In this document: positions 29,554-40,169 of the stretch, one piece after another
How the letters are laid out: each line of letters starts with the position of its first letter
Numbering within the stretch: position 1 is the stretch's first letter
Source of the DNA: Marsupella aquatica
Taxonomy: Eukaryota; Plantae; Marchantiophyta
NCBI GenBank assembly: GCA_973895155.1
Contig: OZ316891.1
Span: forward strand, 2,037,324 to 2,101,323
DNA: 64,000 nucleotides
Reading direction: 5' to 3'
Notes under the pieces: generated by a model
What the model was told of the DNA's origin: nothing
Seen by the model: the letters and a program-made list of their open reading frames with translations, nothing else
Databases searched by the model: none
Position numbers and translations under genes: made by a program

Positions 29554-31011
29554 CTAGAGTTGAGTTGCTTGTGCGTTGTGAGCCTCCTTCTGAGCGGGTT
29601 GCTTCTGTTGCTGCTTGGGCAATTTGTTAGCACTGGATGCTTTGCCACTGGAAGGAGGAGCAACTGATGCAGTAGGAGCCCTCCTAGCTGGTGGGGGAGT
29701 GGAAACAGGAGCAGGATGAGTGGCCTGCTGTCGTAGCTGCTTCCTCTCGGGGAATTTGGCAAAACAAACTGCCTCCAAGTGGCCCACTTTCCCGCAAAAA
29801 TCACAAGACAGGTCCTCAGCAACAATATCACATTCATTAGCCTTGTGATTAGGGTTACCACAGTAGTTGCAAGATGGCAGCATGAAAGCAGCATGTGCGG
29901 GCTTGGTCTTGGAACCATACTGTGGCACACGGGAAGGAGTGGCCAGTGTAGGAGCAGTAGCCTGATACCTGGATCGCGGTGGACGCGCAATACTGGCCTC
30001 ATAATGTGCATGGGCCAACTCAAGTTTCTCAGCAGTGTCATAGACATTGAGCAGGGTGTAGCTATCTCCAAACTCTGAGAATACTTGCTGCAACACTTGC
30101 GAATGGAGAGCTGGGGTGCCCTCCAATGCACGAAGATAGCGGTGAGCAGCTTCCAGGTCAGTGATGCTCTGGGTGTCTTCCTTCAGCTTGAGAAGCCGGC
30201 GATACAACATCTTCAATGTTTCATCGCGCTGCCTCACAAATGTGGCCAACTGCATGATTTTGTCAGCACTCTTGATTGGGAATTCCAATTCAAGAACCTG
30301 GAAAAACTCAGCCACTGGATCAGCAAAGGCAGGGGAATCAATGGTGGGAGAAATGCCTGATGTAGCCTGTGCCAAGACAGTGGGAGTAACTGGTGCAGTA
30401 GTGGGAACTGGAGTAGGAGGGGAAGTGGTAGGAGCAGCAGCATGGGCTGCAATGGCATTCTGTAATGTCAGTTGTGAGGCAGCCGCAATTGCAGTGGCAT
30501 AGGCAGGGTTAGGCAATTGTGTGACAGCAAGCAGCCGTTGAGAATGCTGCTCATACACATCCAAAGCCTCGTGGTGCACATACCTGGCTAGCTGCTTAAA
30601 TGCAAAAGCATTTGTGAAATTGCTGCCATACTTCAACTCCAATTCGTAAATGACAGTGTAGAAAGTGGATTTGAACTCACGCAAAGAGACAGTGCCTGGC
30701 CGCCTGCTGAAGCGCTCAATGCGGCTAGATGAGTGACTGGCATCCATGCTGTATGTCGGTGAAGCTGGAACAATCACTGATGCAGAAGGAGAAAAAGGCA
30801 AAGAAGTGATAGCAGGCTTCGGGGTAGAGGTGAAGCGACCGCCAAATGTAGCAGAAGGGTTGCGTGGTGTGGGTGCTGCTGCTGTCTGCTGACGTCGTCG
30901 AAATTGCCGAGACTCCAATGAAATTGGCACCAACGGTCGTGGATCACTCCGTAAGTGGTACCGGGGTGTCGGTGGCAATGAGCTGCTACCTCCCGGCTCG
31001 TCGGCTGACAT
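29554..31011 (-). CDS. gag: Gag with two CCHC zinc knuckles
   Basis: CNYCGNPNHKANEC and CDFCGKVGHLEAVC knuckles; capsid-like FVRQRDETLKMLYRRL. Same frame as pol, separated by one TAG. Confidence 0.85.
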   Translation of the reverse strand: MSADEPGGSSSLPPTPRYHLRSDPRPLVPISLESRQFRRRQQTAAAPTPRNPSATFGGRFTSTPKPAITSLPFSPSASVIVPASPTYSMDASHSSSRIERFSRRPGTVSLREFKSTFYTVIYELELKYGSNFTNAFAFKQLARYVHHEALDVYEQHSQRLLAVTQLPNPAYATAIAAASQLTLQNAIAAHAAAPTTSPPTPVPTTAPVTPTVLAQATSGISPTIDSPAFADPVAEFFQVLELEFPIKSADKIMQLATFVRQRDETLKMLYRRLLKLKEDTQSITDLEAAHRYLRALEGTPALHSQVLQQVFSEFGDSYTLLNVYDTAEKLELAHAHYEASIARPPRSRYQATAPTLATPSRVPQYGSKTKPAHAAFMLPSCNYCGNPNHKANECDIVAEDLSCDFCGKVGHLEAVCFAKFPERKQLRQQATHPAPVSTPPPARRAPTASVAPPSSGKASSANKLPKQQQKQPAQKEAHNAQATQL

Positions 31012-31514
31012 GCTGCATGCTCACCCGGGGTGCCAATGGGAAAGAAATTGACAAGAAAAAGGAATGGCAGCCCCAAGGCTAGGAAATAAAACCCACAAAG
31101 GAGACAAACGGTACAAGGCAGCAATGTGTAAAATGTGTAAACACACAGAAAAACCGTCACAAAGAAAAATCGTCGGCAAAGGAAAACCCCTTAAAAACTC
31201 GGGAAAGGCTTAATGTTGGCGGCAATAAAGAAATCCGGGAAAAGAAACTAGAAGTGGCCCCCCCCCTTAAGTGTATACATCGGGCCCCTATGTGGACCCA
31301 AAAACTGGCAGGAAAAGGGAAACCAAAGAGGCGCGCGTCAGCGGGAAAAGAAAACCGGGCCAAGTGGGACACAGAATCTGAAGTGTATACACATCAGCCC
31401 GATGTGGACCCGAGAGATGGAGACAGGTCGATCGTCGCGCGGCGAAAAAGTGAGACAAGCCGAAAAAGGCGAAAAGAAAACGGGAAGAGTGAGGCGAAGA
31501 AAAAGAAATGAGCC

Positions 31515-31940
31515 CTGTGCATAGGGCTTCGCACCCCCCTCCTTATGAGCTCCTGAAGAGGTGGGGCTACGAGCTCCCCCTCCCCTCTTAAATGTGCTGG
31601 GTGCCTTGTGCCTGGCAGGACTCCCGAGGGGAGTCGACGTGAACTCCCCCTCTCCCCTTTAATTCTTCATAGGGCCTCGTGCCCACTCCTTGCGCTCTGC
31701 CTCGGCTATGTCTCCCCCTCTTTAATGCTGCTATCTGGGATTCGAGAAGGGAGTCGTATGTACTCCCCCTCCACCTTCAATGCAGCATAGGGGCTCGTGC
31801 CCTATCCTGGCACACTCGCTCCCCTCCCCTCCTTAAATTGCAGCATAGGGCTTCGCGCCCTCTCCTGGCACACTCGCGCTGCCTTGTGCTCGGCTCCCCT
31901 TCCCCCATGCTTTAATTCTCCATAGGGCTTCGTGCCCTCT
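31515..31940. repeat. Sub-repeat array in the retroelement 5' leader
   Basis: CATAGGG(C/G)(C/T)TCG(C/T)(G/A)CCC at about 31520, 31667, 31786, 31843 and 31921, interleaved with CTCCCCCTC/TTAA motifs. Confidence 0.75.
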
Positions 31941-32267
31941 GTCCTCTCGCTTGCTTATGGCAGGGCAAAAAGAAAGGGAGTCGAGGCAGGAAAAACGGGC
32001 GAGAAAATGCCGAAAAAGGGAAGAAACATCCCGGATTGAGGAGGGACTACGGCCGATAAAGGGAGATACAGCCGAGGCAAGGGCATGGTGCCCTATGCAC
32101 GGCCTGTGCAGGGTGTCGTGAGGCAACAAAACGGGCTCAATGGCAGCTGTGGCCGAAAAGTGGCAACAAACACAAAATGGCCCCCAAAAGCAGTCGAGGC
32201 AACGGTTGATGCAACGTCGGCAGCAGCAGGTTGTGGCCGGAATGTGAAACCCGGGTCTCCCAAGGGA

Positions 32268-32303
32268 GTGTTATGTGTATACACTTAAGTATACACATAA
32301 CAC
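32268..32303. other. Perfect 15-bp inverted repeat (hairpin)
   Basis: GTGTTATGTGTATAC-ACTTAA-GTATACACATAACAC. Confidence 0.9.
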
Positions 32304-33584
32304 CACAATAAACCCATAACTTTTAACTCGTCACTCCGATGTCCGTCGAAGAAATTGCAATGGCTTCACCAGAAATTGTCGAAATCGTCACGAGCAATCT
32401 TCTTCCCGTCACCGCTAACTCGACAGTTCTTCTTGAATAAAAGGCGTAAGAGAAACAATCGTACTGAAATCGAATCGAAAACCGGCGGGATGCCAAGATC
32501 GGCCGGGAGCATCTAATGAATCACTGTGTGAATCCCGTGTACGGAACTGACAAGCACTGTCTGAGCTCTGTCAACAGCGATTCAAGAAGAACTGAAGAAC
32601 GGCAAAGAAAAACATGCCCTAAGTAGGACCGGGTCCAGGCGTCACACTAACAAACCCCTTTTGCTTCAAGAACAGCCCAGACTCGCTACAAGAACATGAC
32701 ACTAACTCAAGTAGTACACTAGCCCTAACCATACCTAGCGGGCTTGCGAGGGACATGCCGATGTGCACAAGCGGCACTGTCCCTCGGCATGACATCCTCG
32801 GTATTATTATTTCTGCTAAATGAAAATGCCAGTGCCTCAGTTGGCCCACCTTTTAGAATGCACTGTGTCCATTTGTCCCCCTCCGAGATGGGACCATTCA
32901 TCATTGATGGTTCACTGAGTGCTGTTTGCTGTCACACAATTTAGCCATACTGGAGTAACACAGGCCCATCAGTGCATATCAAAGGTATAATTTGACACCC
33001 CTTAAGCAATATGCCACGTGAGCCATACGCCCCCCCCCCCCGCCGCTGCCGCCAAAAAAAAAAAACATTTAAATGAAAATTGAAAATAGTCCATGAACAC
33101 TGTTGTAGGGGGATGTCTCAGAAGTGCTGCAAGGGGGTAATAGCCAATATGTTTGATGGTGCAAATAGAGTCATGAAACTGTTGAAATCTGGGCGGGAAT
33201 GAAATACAGGGCTAGTAGTGTGTCTCAAAGCTTCATCATTACTGGTGATGGGTTTGTGGCCACAATGAAATGGCCATAACTTTTTTAGCAGGGGTTGTGA
33301 CTTTTATTTATTTTTATTTTCGCTAGCCTACACAGTAACTCACTGACTTATGATCATTCTTTATCACAAGAAGGTTTGCTTATGATTTTGGTAGTTCATA
33401 ATTTTTTCTGTCCATAACCTAGTTAAAATTCATTAAATTTGGAGGTTTGAGATCCCAAAGCCCCCCACCTCACATGTTTGACTAAGCAGACTCAGTATAA
33501 AATCTACACTATTATTTGTCATGAAAGTCTACTGTTCATGAGCCACTGAGTGGAGTGAAACAATGTGCCATAAATTCTCCAGGG

Positions 33585-33960
33585 CACATGGAGTTTGAAG
33601 TATGGGGAGCCTTTGCCTTGCATATGCACAGGCATAATTGCCTAGTTTGCCATATTTTGGTGTGGGGCTGCTCACATGTAATACAGCCATCATGGTCCTC
33701 CCCCCCCCCCCCCACACACACACACACGACATACGACAGGCTCCCCCAGAAATTCAGCCCACACCCCTCCCTTAGTCCTTACATGGAGTTTGAAGTATGG
33801 GGAGCCTTTCCCTTGCATATGCACGGGCATTATGCCCATTTTGCCAAAATTTGGTGTGGGGGGCTGCTCACATGTAATACAGCCATCATGTTCCTCCCCT
33901 TCCCACACACACACACACACACACACGGGCTCCCCCCAAAATTCAGCCCACACACCTCCC
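33585..33960. repeat. Direct duplication of about 195 bp with (CA)n tracts
   Basis: ACATGGAGTTTGAAGTATGGGGAGCCTTT...CTGCTCACATGTAATACAGCCATCATG...(CA)n...AAATTCAGCCCACAC at about 33586 and 33781. Confidence 0.85.
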
Positions 33961-35476
33961 TGGAGAGAAACTTGGTTAATTAGGACTCAGGACTCTGGTT
34001 TGGGAGTCCAGCCATGGTTAGGCACGGGGGGAACGGTTCCATGGCGTGGTCTGCGGTGTGGTGTGGTATGACGAGCTCTTGGGCTGGCTGTGATATGCTG
34101 TGCTGTGCTGTTACTCAATGTACTCTTTCTCTTACTACTCTACAGTACTAACAGAGGTCACTCCTGCCTCTTGATGTTGAGCACTAATAATGTCTTGCTC
34201 GCCAGGAGAGCATTGACCTCTCTCATGTCTCTTACTGCCCGTCAGCTCTTCTCTTCTCTTCTCTTCTCCTCTTCTCTGCTCTCCTCTCCTCTCTCCACTC
34301 CTCATCTCGTTCATTCGCTCCTCTCTCGTTCTCTGTGTCATCTTTTTCTGCTGGGCTGGGGAGCTTGCTGGCTGGCTGGCTGGCTTCTTTTTCTTCCCTC
34401 CTGCTGTGGCTGACTGCCTGCATCCTTGCTCGTTTGCCATTGTTGTTTGCGTTGCTGATTTGGTCCGTGCGGCGGATAGCAGCACCGGCACCAGCAGTAG
34501 CAGCAGCATTCGAGTGGTGGCTCCATTGGAGTGGCAATCGAGCTCCGGCCACGGAATTGAGTTTGTGACAGAGTTTTGGTGGTATGGGTGATTGCTTGAT
34601 TTGTTCGGATTTGATTTTGATCGTTGTCTGGCAGATTGGTCGATGGACGGATGGACGGATGGATGGATAGAGGAAAGGGGAGAGTGTGGGAGGGCTTTGA
34701 GAGGAGATATGGGGGCTAGAAGGAGGGGGAGAGGGGAGAAATAGGAATAGTAGTGTGAGGAGGAGGCGAAGATTGGTGAAGTGAATTTTTCTGGAGGAAT
34801 CGGGGTGGTGGGTTGTGAGATTGTGGGCGCTAGGTGGTGCATCTGCATTTTTCAGAGCTTGTGAGGTGGTCGATCTGGAATGTGTCTTGAAAAGGGATTG
34901 GCGGTGGGGAAAGTAGCCGAAATTTTGGATCAATCTTGGTTTTGGTGGCGAGGGGGGAAGAAGAGGGATCAAGCAGGCCCCATGTTGCCTGGACGAATGT
35001 TAAGTCTGTACGGAGTGTGAGAAGAAAAATCTGCAATTTTGGGGCCTCAGTAGGTGACAATCTGGGGGCTTGGCTGCAATTTGCTTCGGCAATGTAAAGA
35101 AAGGCCTGCTGGACGAGCTGAAAGATCTGGCGGGGGGGTGAGGTGTAGAGCCAGTGGGTGGGTACGTGGATGCAGGGAGGGGATGGGGAGATTTTGAATT
35201 TTTGTTGGAAGAGTAAATCGCCAACGCTGGGATCGATTAAATTTTCCGTGCTCGTCGGAGGAAGGTGAGGTGCAGAAAAAGTCCTCGAGGGACGATGCAG
35301 GAGGAGGAAAAGATCCTCGTGAAACTCTGGAGGGGACGGAGCTGTATGCGCTTTTATTTGGGAATTTCTCAGATGTTTGGCAAGAAGAGTAGATAACGGC
35401 GCTTCTGCTGCTGTTGGAGCAATGAAATAAGCAAAAGCTTGTCATTTTTTAGGAAGTAGTAGAGGAGGGAGAGAGA

Positions 35477-38400
35477 ATGATGGAGTTGACAAATGGTCTG
35501 AGGGAGGGGAGTCCCCTTTGCAGCGGTGATCGTATCTTGCCCCAAATTGGACCCAATCATCAAGTGACCATGCCGCCGCTGAAGCAGAGTGCGCGAATTG
35601 CCTCGCTGGAGTACATCAACAGAGATAAGTGGTATGCATGCGGATTGCCCGTCCCCGTAATCCACATTGCTGCCGCGCCGTCTTGGCGGAAGAGCAGGAG
35701 TTCCGCAGCAGATCAGGACAAAAGCTTAAGTCTTGCTTCCACCTCCAACTCTCGTACTAATGGCTTCCAGCCGCCCGGGTTTGTTCCTCATCAGCAAATT
35801 CCTTGTGCAACAGAGGCGATGGCCAGCAAAGATGCGAATTCTTGTGCTTCTTCCAGCAAAGAAACATGCCAAGCTTGGAAGAAGGAGGAGTCATCCTCTT
35901 TGACTATGATGGACGCATTCCAAGGGGGGCCTCAATCAGCAGAAGAGAAGGCACAGGCAATGGGGGAAGACCACTTGCCAGGGGTGTCCGGTCAATCGGA
36001 GCTGAAATCAAGCATCACGTCGGTGGTGCAAGGAGGAAGTACTGCTGCCATTAAAAAGAGGAAGAAGAGGAGGAGCTGCTGGCAGACCTTGAAGAGGAAA
36101 GGTGGTAACAAAAAAGCTAAACTAGAGAAAGGGAAGATGTACAAGCGGTGGTCCGGGTCTCTGAATAGTGAGGTGGGAGAGGAGGAGGAGCAAGGCTCAG
36201 CAGGAGATGGAGTGGGGCAGGGTAGAGGCAGAGTGCTCCCTGGAGGTCAGCCGGAGTCATGGAGTGAGGAGGAGGTGGCTGGCTTCACTCTTGCCCTTTA
36301 CCTCTTTGACAAAGATTTCTGTGCCATCAAGAGGTTTCTGGAGACCAAGAAGATGAAAGACCTTCTGCACTTTTATTACGGAAAATTTTATGGCACGCCA
36401 GCTTTCTGTAGATGGGCGGGATCCAAGAACAGCCGGAACAGGAAGTTTGTCCACGGCCCTCGCATTCTTCAGGGATGGCGTCAAGATGAATTATTGAGGC
36501 GGCTGCGTCCCCATTTTTCTGATGCCGCCATGGATGTAATCCCCCAGGTGAGCCAGCTCTTGATCCAGCTACTCTGTACGGTCATCCATCGGTTCTCCGT
36601 CAGGGATCCTCGAAAAGCTGATCAGGTCAAATCAATCCACAATCTCCTCAGTAGCAACAAATGGGATGGCTTCTCCTTGACGGACGAGTTTCGCATGGAT
36701 GGAACGAAAATTCTTTGACATGAAAGCTCTCTCTTTGCTTCCCTTTTGTGTTGTTAATTCCGAACTCGCGGTCATGTCGTTGCCCAGAATTGTTGTGCAG
36801 CGCACGAAGAAAGGCTCTTGGGGAGATCTTCTACAGTCCTTTACTAATTTTTTCCAGCGGCTCGAGTTGTGGTTATGGTGTTGCATCCATCTCCGGGCGG
36901 CCGATCCACTCAACTTTCTTCGCTTTGATGATGCTCAATGGAAAATGAACACAAGGGTCTGATTGGGTTTTTCGGTGGGTGGGGCTGTTTGTTGGTTTTC
37001 TTCTTGGCAGGCTGTGAAATCTTTCGAAGAACGGGAGTTGACGGTGGAAGGGTTAGCAACCGAGCTAAGGGCAGCCGCTGGGTTGGATGTCCTCGTACAC
37101 TGCGTCGGCATTGGGGTCCCAAAGCGAGACTTGACGGCCGTGCATGGCGATCCTAACAGGCACGGAAATTATCTTAACCATCTTGGAGGTGGTGGTGGTG
37201 GTGGTGGAGCTGCTCGTGTGGAGAGCACAGCTGGGGCAGCAGGGAAGGCGTGCTCCACCCTGACGAGGGAAGAAATGTTAGAATGTCTCACCGGAGACTT
37301 CAGAATCAGCAAGACTCGTGCACAGGATTTGTTCTGGGAGGCCGTGTGGCCTCGCATGCTGGTCCATGGCTGGCACTCAAAAGAATGTGAGGCACCAGGA
37401 TTCCCGGGATCGAGGAACCCACTTCTATTTCTCCGTCCTGGAGTGACTAAGATCGCCAGGGGATCGTCCGAACGAGGCGTTCACTACTTTGATTCCGTGA
37501 GCGAGGTTTTGAAGGCTGTGGCCAATGATCCGGGCCTTCTGGACGGACTGGGCGATGAATTGACCGGGGATACAATGGAGGGGTCAGAAAATCAGGATGA
37601 TGACGATGAGGAGGAAGTGCAAGAAGAAGGGTGGTCGGATGACATGTTTGAGACTCTGGACATGCACCGATTGAAAGGGCCCAGAGCTGGGAAGATGGTA
37701 GGTGGAGCAGGAGTGAAGAATGCGAAGCCGGCGTACAAGGCCGCGTCTTATTCGTCTCCCTCTGAAGAGCATGCAGCTCAGGACAGCTCCGAGTCCTCTT
37801 CGGTGGACATCGATTTGAATCGGCCGCTGAGTGCTGTGAGCTCAAAACCTCCAGACTTTCCGAAGGACGAAGTGGAGGACGTGGAGTTGCTGCGCTCGTC
37901 AGCTCCCGTCCAGGCGACCGTGAGCCACCGCCATAGGTTTCCCATTGAGGAGATAGACTTGAATCTGCCACCTCTTGATCTTGACTATAATTCCCCCGTT
38001 GGGACAACAGAAGATGATGGGGAGGTGCAGTTGGAGCTCCAGACTGCTTATCCTGTTCCGCATGTCATTTCCAGCTCTCCAATTCCGAACCCATTAGAGA
38101 ATGTGGAGGTCTTGGAGTCCAAGACCTGGGATCTCTGTCCTCCGGTGATGCATACGGTCATGTCGGCTTCGATTGAGATGTGTTCAGGGAGCATAATGGG
38201 AACCATCAATTTGAATGATCCATTGCCTGGAGCAGAAATGATGATTTATGAAGCTGAATTGGATTCCGTAGCACAACCACGTCTAGGAGAGCAGGATGAA
38301 TTTTTGGCAGGTAGTGGTGGATTTCGCAGCATTTGGCATGTAGGTGGGGAGTTGGTGCCGGTTCATAGATTTTCTGGTGACAATGCCGGCGAAAGGCCAC

Positions 38401-40169
38401 AATTGTTAAATAAGGGTGCTTCTTGTGCGTGTGAATTTGCCGATTCTTGCAAGTGTCAGTCAAGAAAGCGGTCACTGAGCCACCAAGAAGATGAGGCTGC
38501 TTCACGAGGTGTGGATTATGGTAAGGAGCTAATCTCAGCTTCCAAGAAAAGGGCTATCACATTTGAGCTTCCTTTCAGGTTAAATGGCTTAGATACTCCC
38601 AACTTTATTTTCTCTATGCATGTTGCAACGATGAATTCGTGGGCAAGTTTGGGGATTCGATCTCTCCCGAGGGCTTCTGAGTGGAAACAATCTTGGAACT
38701 TTGGATTGTCACCGTCTGCGGTAGAGAATTTTGCTCGCAGCATCGAATCTCGGCTGCCAAAATGTAAAGTCGTGGAAATCAATGGTGACGTGGAGGCTGT
38801 CAATACAGAGACTGATGCGGAAAATGAAACCAGTGAGGGGCACTTACAAAGTTCTCTTGCCACCCGAGCACCAGTTGCAGGGCAGTATGGGCACGTAAAG
38901 AGGTTGCGATGCCATTTTTCAGAGTCAGAGCCTCCACTGTCACCGTCATATCACCATTCTCGATCAAAGCTCCAACGACAACCTCGTAAATATACAATTT
39001 CATTTGATTCTAGGTCCGGCAAGAACCGTCTTTTGAAAGCTAAAGAAAGGTGTTCCGATTGGTCTTGGCCTCAAGATGGACGGAACAGTAAGAATGTCGT
39101 TGACAGTACGAGCTGCTGTTCAACTAGTCATGGAATTCCTTCAGCTGATTCGACAGATGGTCAATGCCCTTCGGAAAATTCTCAGCAGGAAGGAGTCAAG
39201 GCTGAACTTTATGAAGATAGCAAAGAAAACGATTATGGTCCCCAAAGAAAGCTAGGAGGAGATGCGGAAAGTCTTTGGAAGACCACATCCGGCCCTCTGC
39301 GTAATGAAGGAGACGCTGAGGAGATCCATCATTCAAAGTCACTTCCGAGCGATTGGAAGGTACCATGCTTAACCTTGACTGCACCTGGAGATTCATGTGA
39401 CTTTTTTGGATTCCGACAAACGCCACGGTCTCGTGGCATCAGAACTCATGGCAGGGTTCATCATTCTCATAGTCTCCCAGCAAAGACCAGTGATAGTGAT
39501 TTTCTGAATTTTAGCACGGGAGCGAAAAGGTTCCCAGATGATCTCGAAGAATTGGACACTACTACTAAGAAGATCAAGATGGATCCTTCATACCCACTTA
39601 GAACCCGTGAAGAGCAGGACCTTTTGATAACATTGTGTAGCTTGCAGCAGCGAAGATTAGAAGGGGGAATAACTTCTAGTGAAGTTACTCCAATGCTGAA
39701 GGGGAGGAGGTCAGCAAGATCTAGACGTAGAACGTTTAGCTATTTCCCGCAATTCATTTTTGAGAGAGAGGAAGAGGAGGTGGAAGAAGGATTGTTTTTA
39801 CAGCCTTGTACATCCCAAGGACCCTGGCAGCCAACCTTGCCAACTACTGGAAAAATCTCGAGGTCGCCAAAGCTGAGACGCCGCCGATCAGACCTTCCAT
39901 GCAGAAGTTCCTGTGTTGTGGCAGATACAAGTCCGGTTGCTTCAGGGTCGAAGATTGCAGTAGGGAACAGCTCAAAGGGGCAGCTGGGCTCCCGTTTGCA
40001 AAGCGAAAATGGGACAGGATGGGAAGAAGCTATTGCTGCTTGGAACTGGCCTGTGCATGACGTCCGGTTCTCTTCCCTACGAAGACAACTCTCGGATGGT
40101 TCCGCCAAGGCAGATCGTCACACCGGCAGGAAGGTTCCAGCTCGTTGGAACCAATATCCTGTCTCCTAG
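35477..40169 (+). CDS. Plant SANT-domain protein (Arabidopsis AT2G47820/AT1G09050-like), 2 coding exons, with DLNxxP EAR-type motifs
   Basis: Exons 35477-36547 and 37011-40169 join in phase 0 across GT-AG. Motifs PQIGPNHQV, WSEEEVAGFTLALYLFDKDF...FYYGKFY, SKTRAQDLFWEAVWPRMLVHGWHS and GVHYFDSVSEVLKAVANDP; also IDLNRPL, IDLNLPP and INLNDPL. Confidence 0.85.

Larger units (their letters stand above)
22826..32600 (-). mobile_element. Ty3/Gypsy-type retrotransposon carrying a C5 DNA methyltransferase and a PHD finger (boundaries approximate)
   Basis: Gypsy domain order PR-RT-RH-IN. A candidate PPT (GGGGGGGA on minus, 23583-23590) lies just after the stop codon. A PBS-like TGGCACCCCGGGTGA lies at 31021-31035 on minus. 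No matching LTR pair was recognised. Confidence 0.85.

Noticed and set aside
22826-32600. DIRS-type or caulimovirus-type element
   Set aside because: It has a DDE integrase and aspartic protease, with no tyrosine recombinase or movement protein.
32991-33002. Right terminus ...TTTGACA followed by CCCCT as TSD partner of CCCAC at 22821-22825
   Set aside because: One mismatch in 5 bp and no supporting LTR similarity; chance match likely.
34090-35445. Several 100-250-aa ORFs
   Set aside because: They arise from CT/GA microsatellite-rich 5' UTR or intron sequence of the SANT gene and have no domain features.
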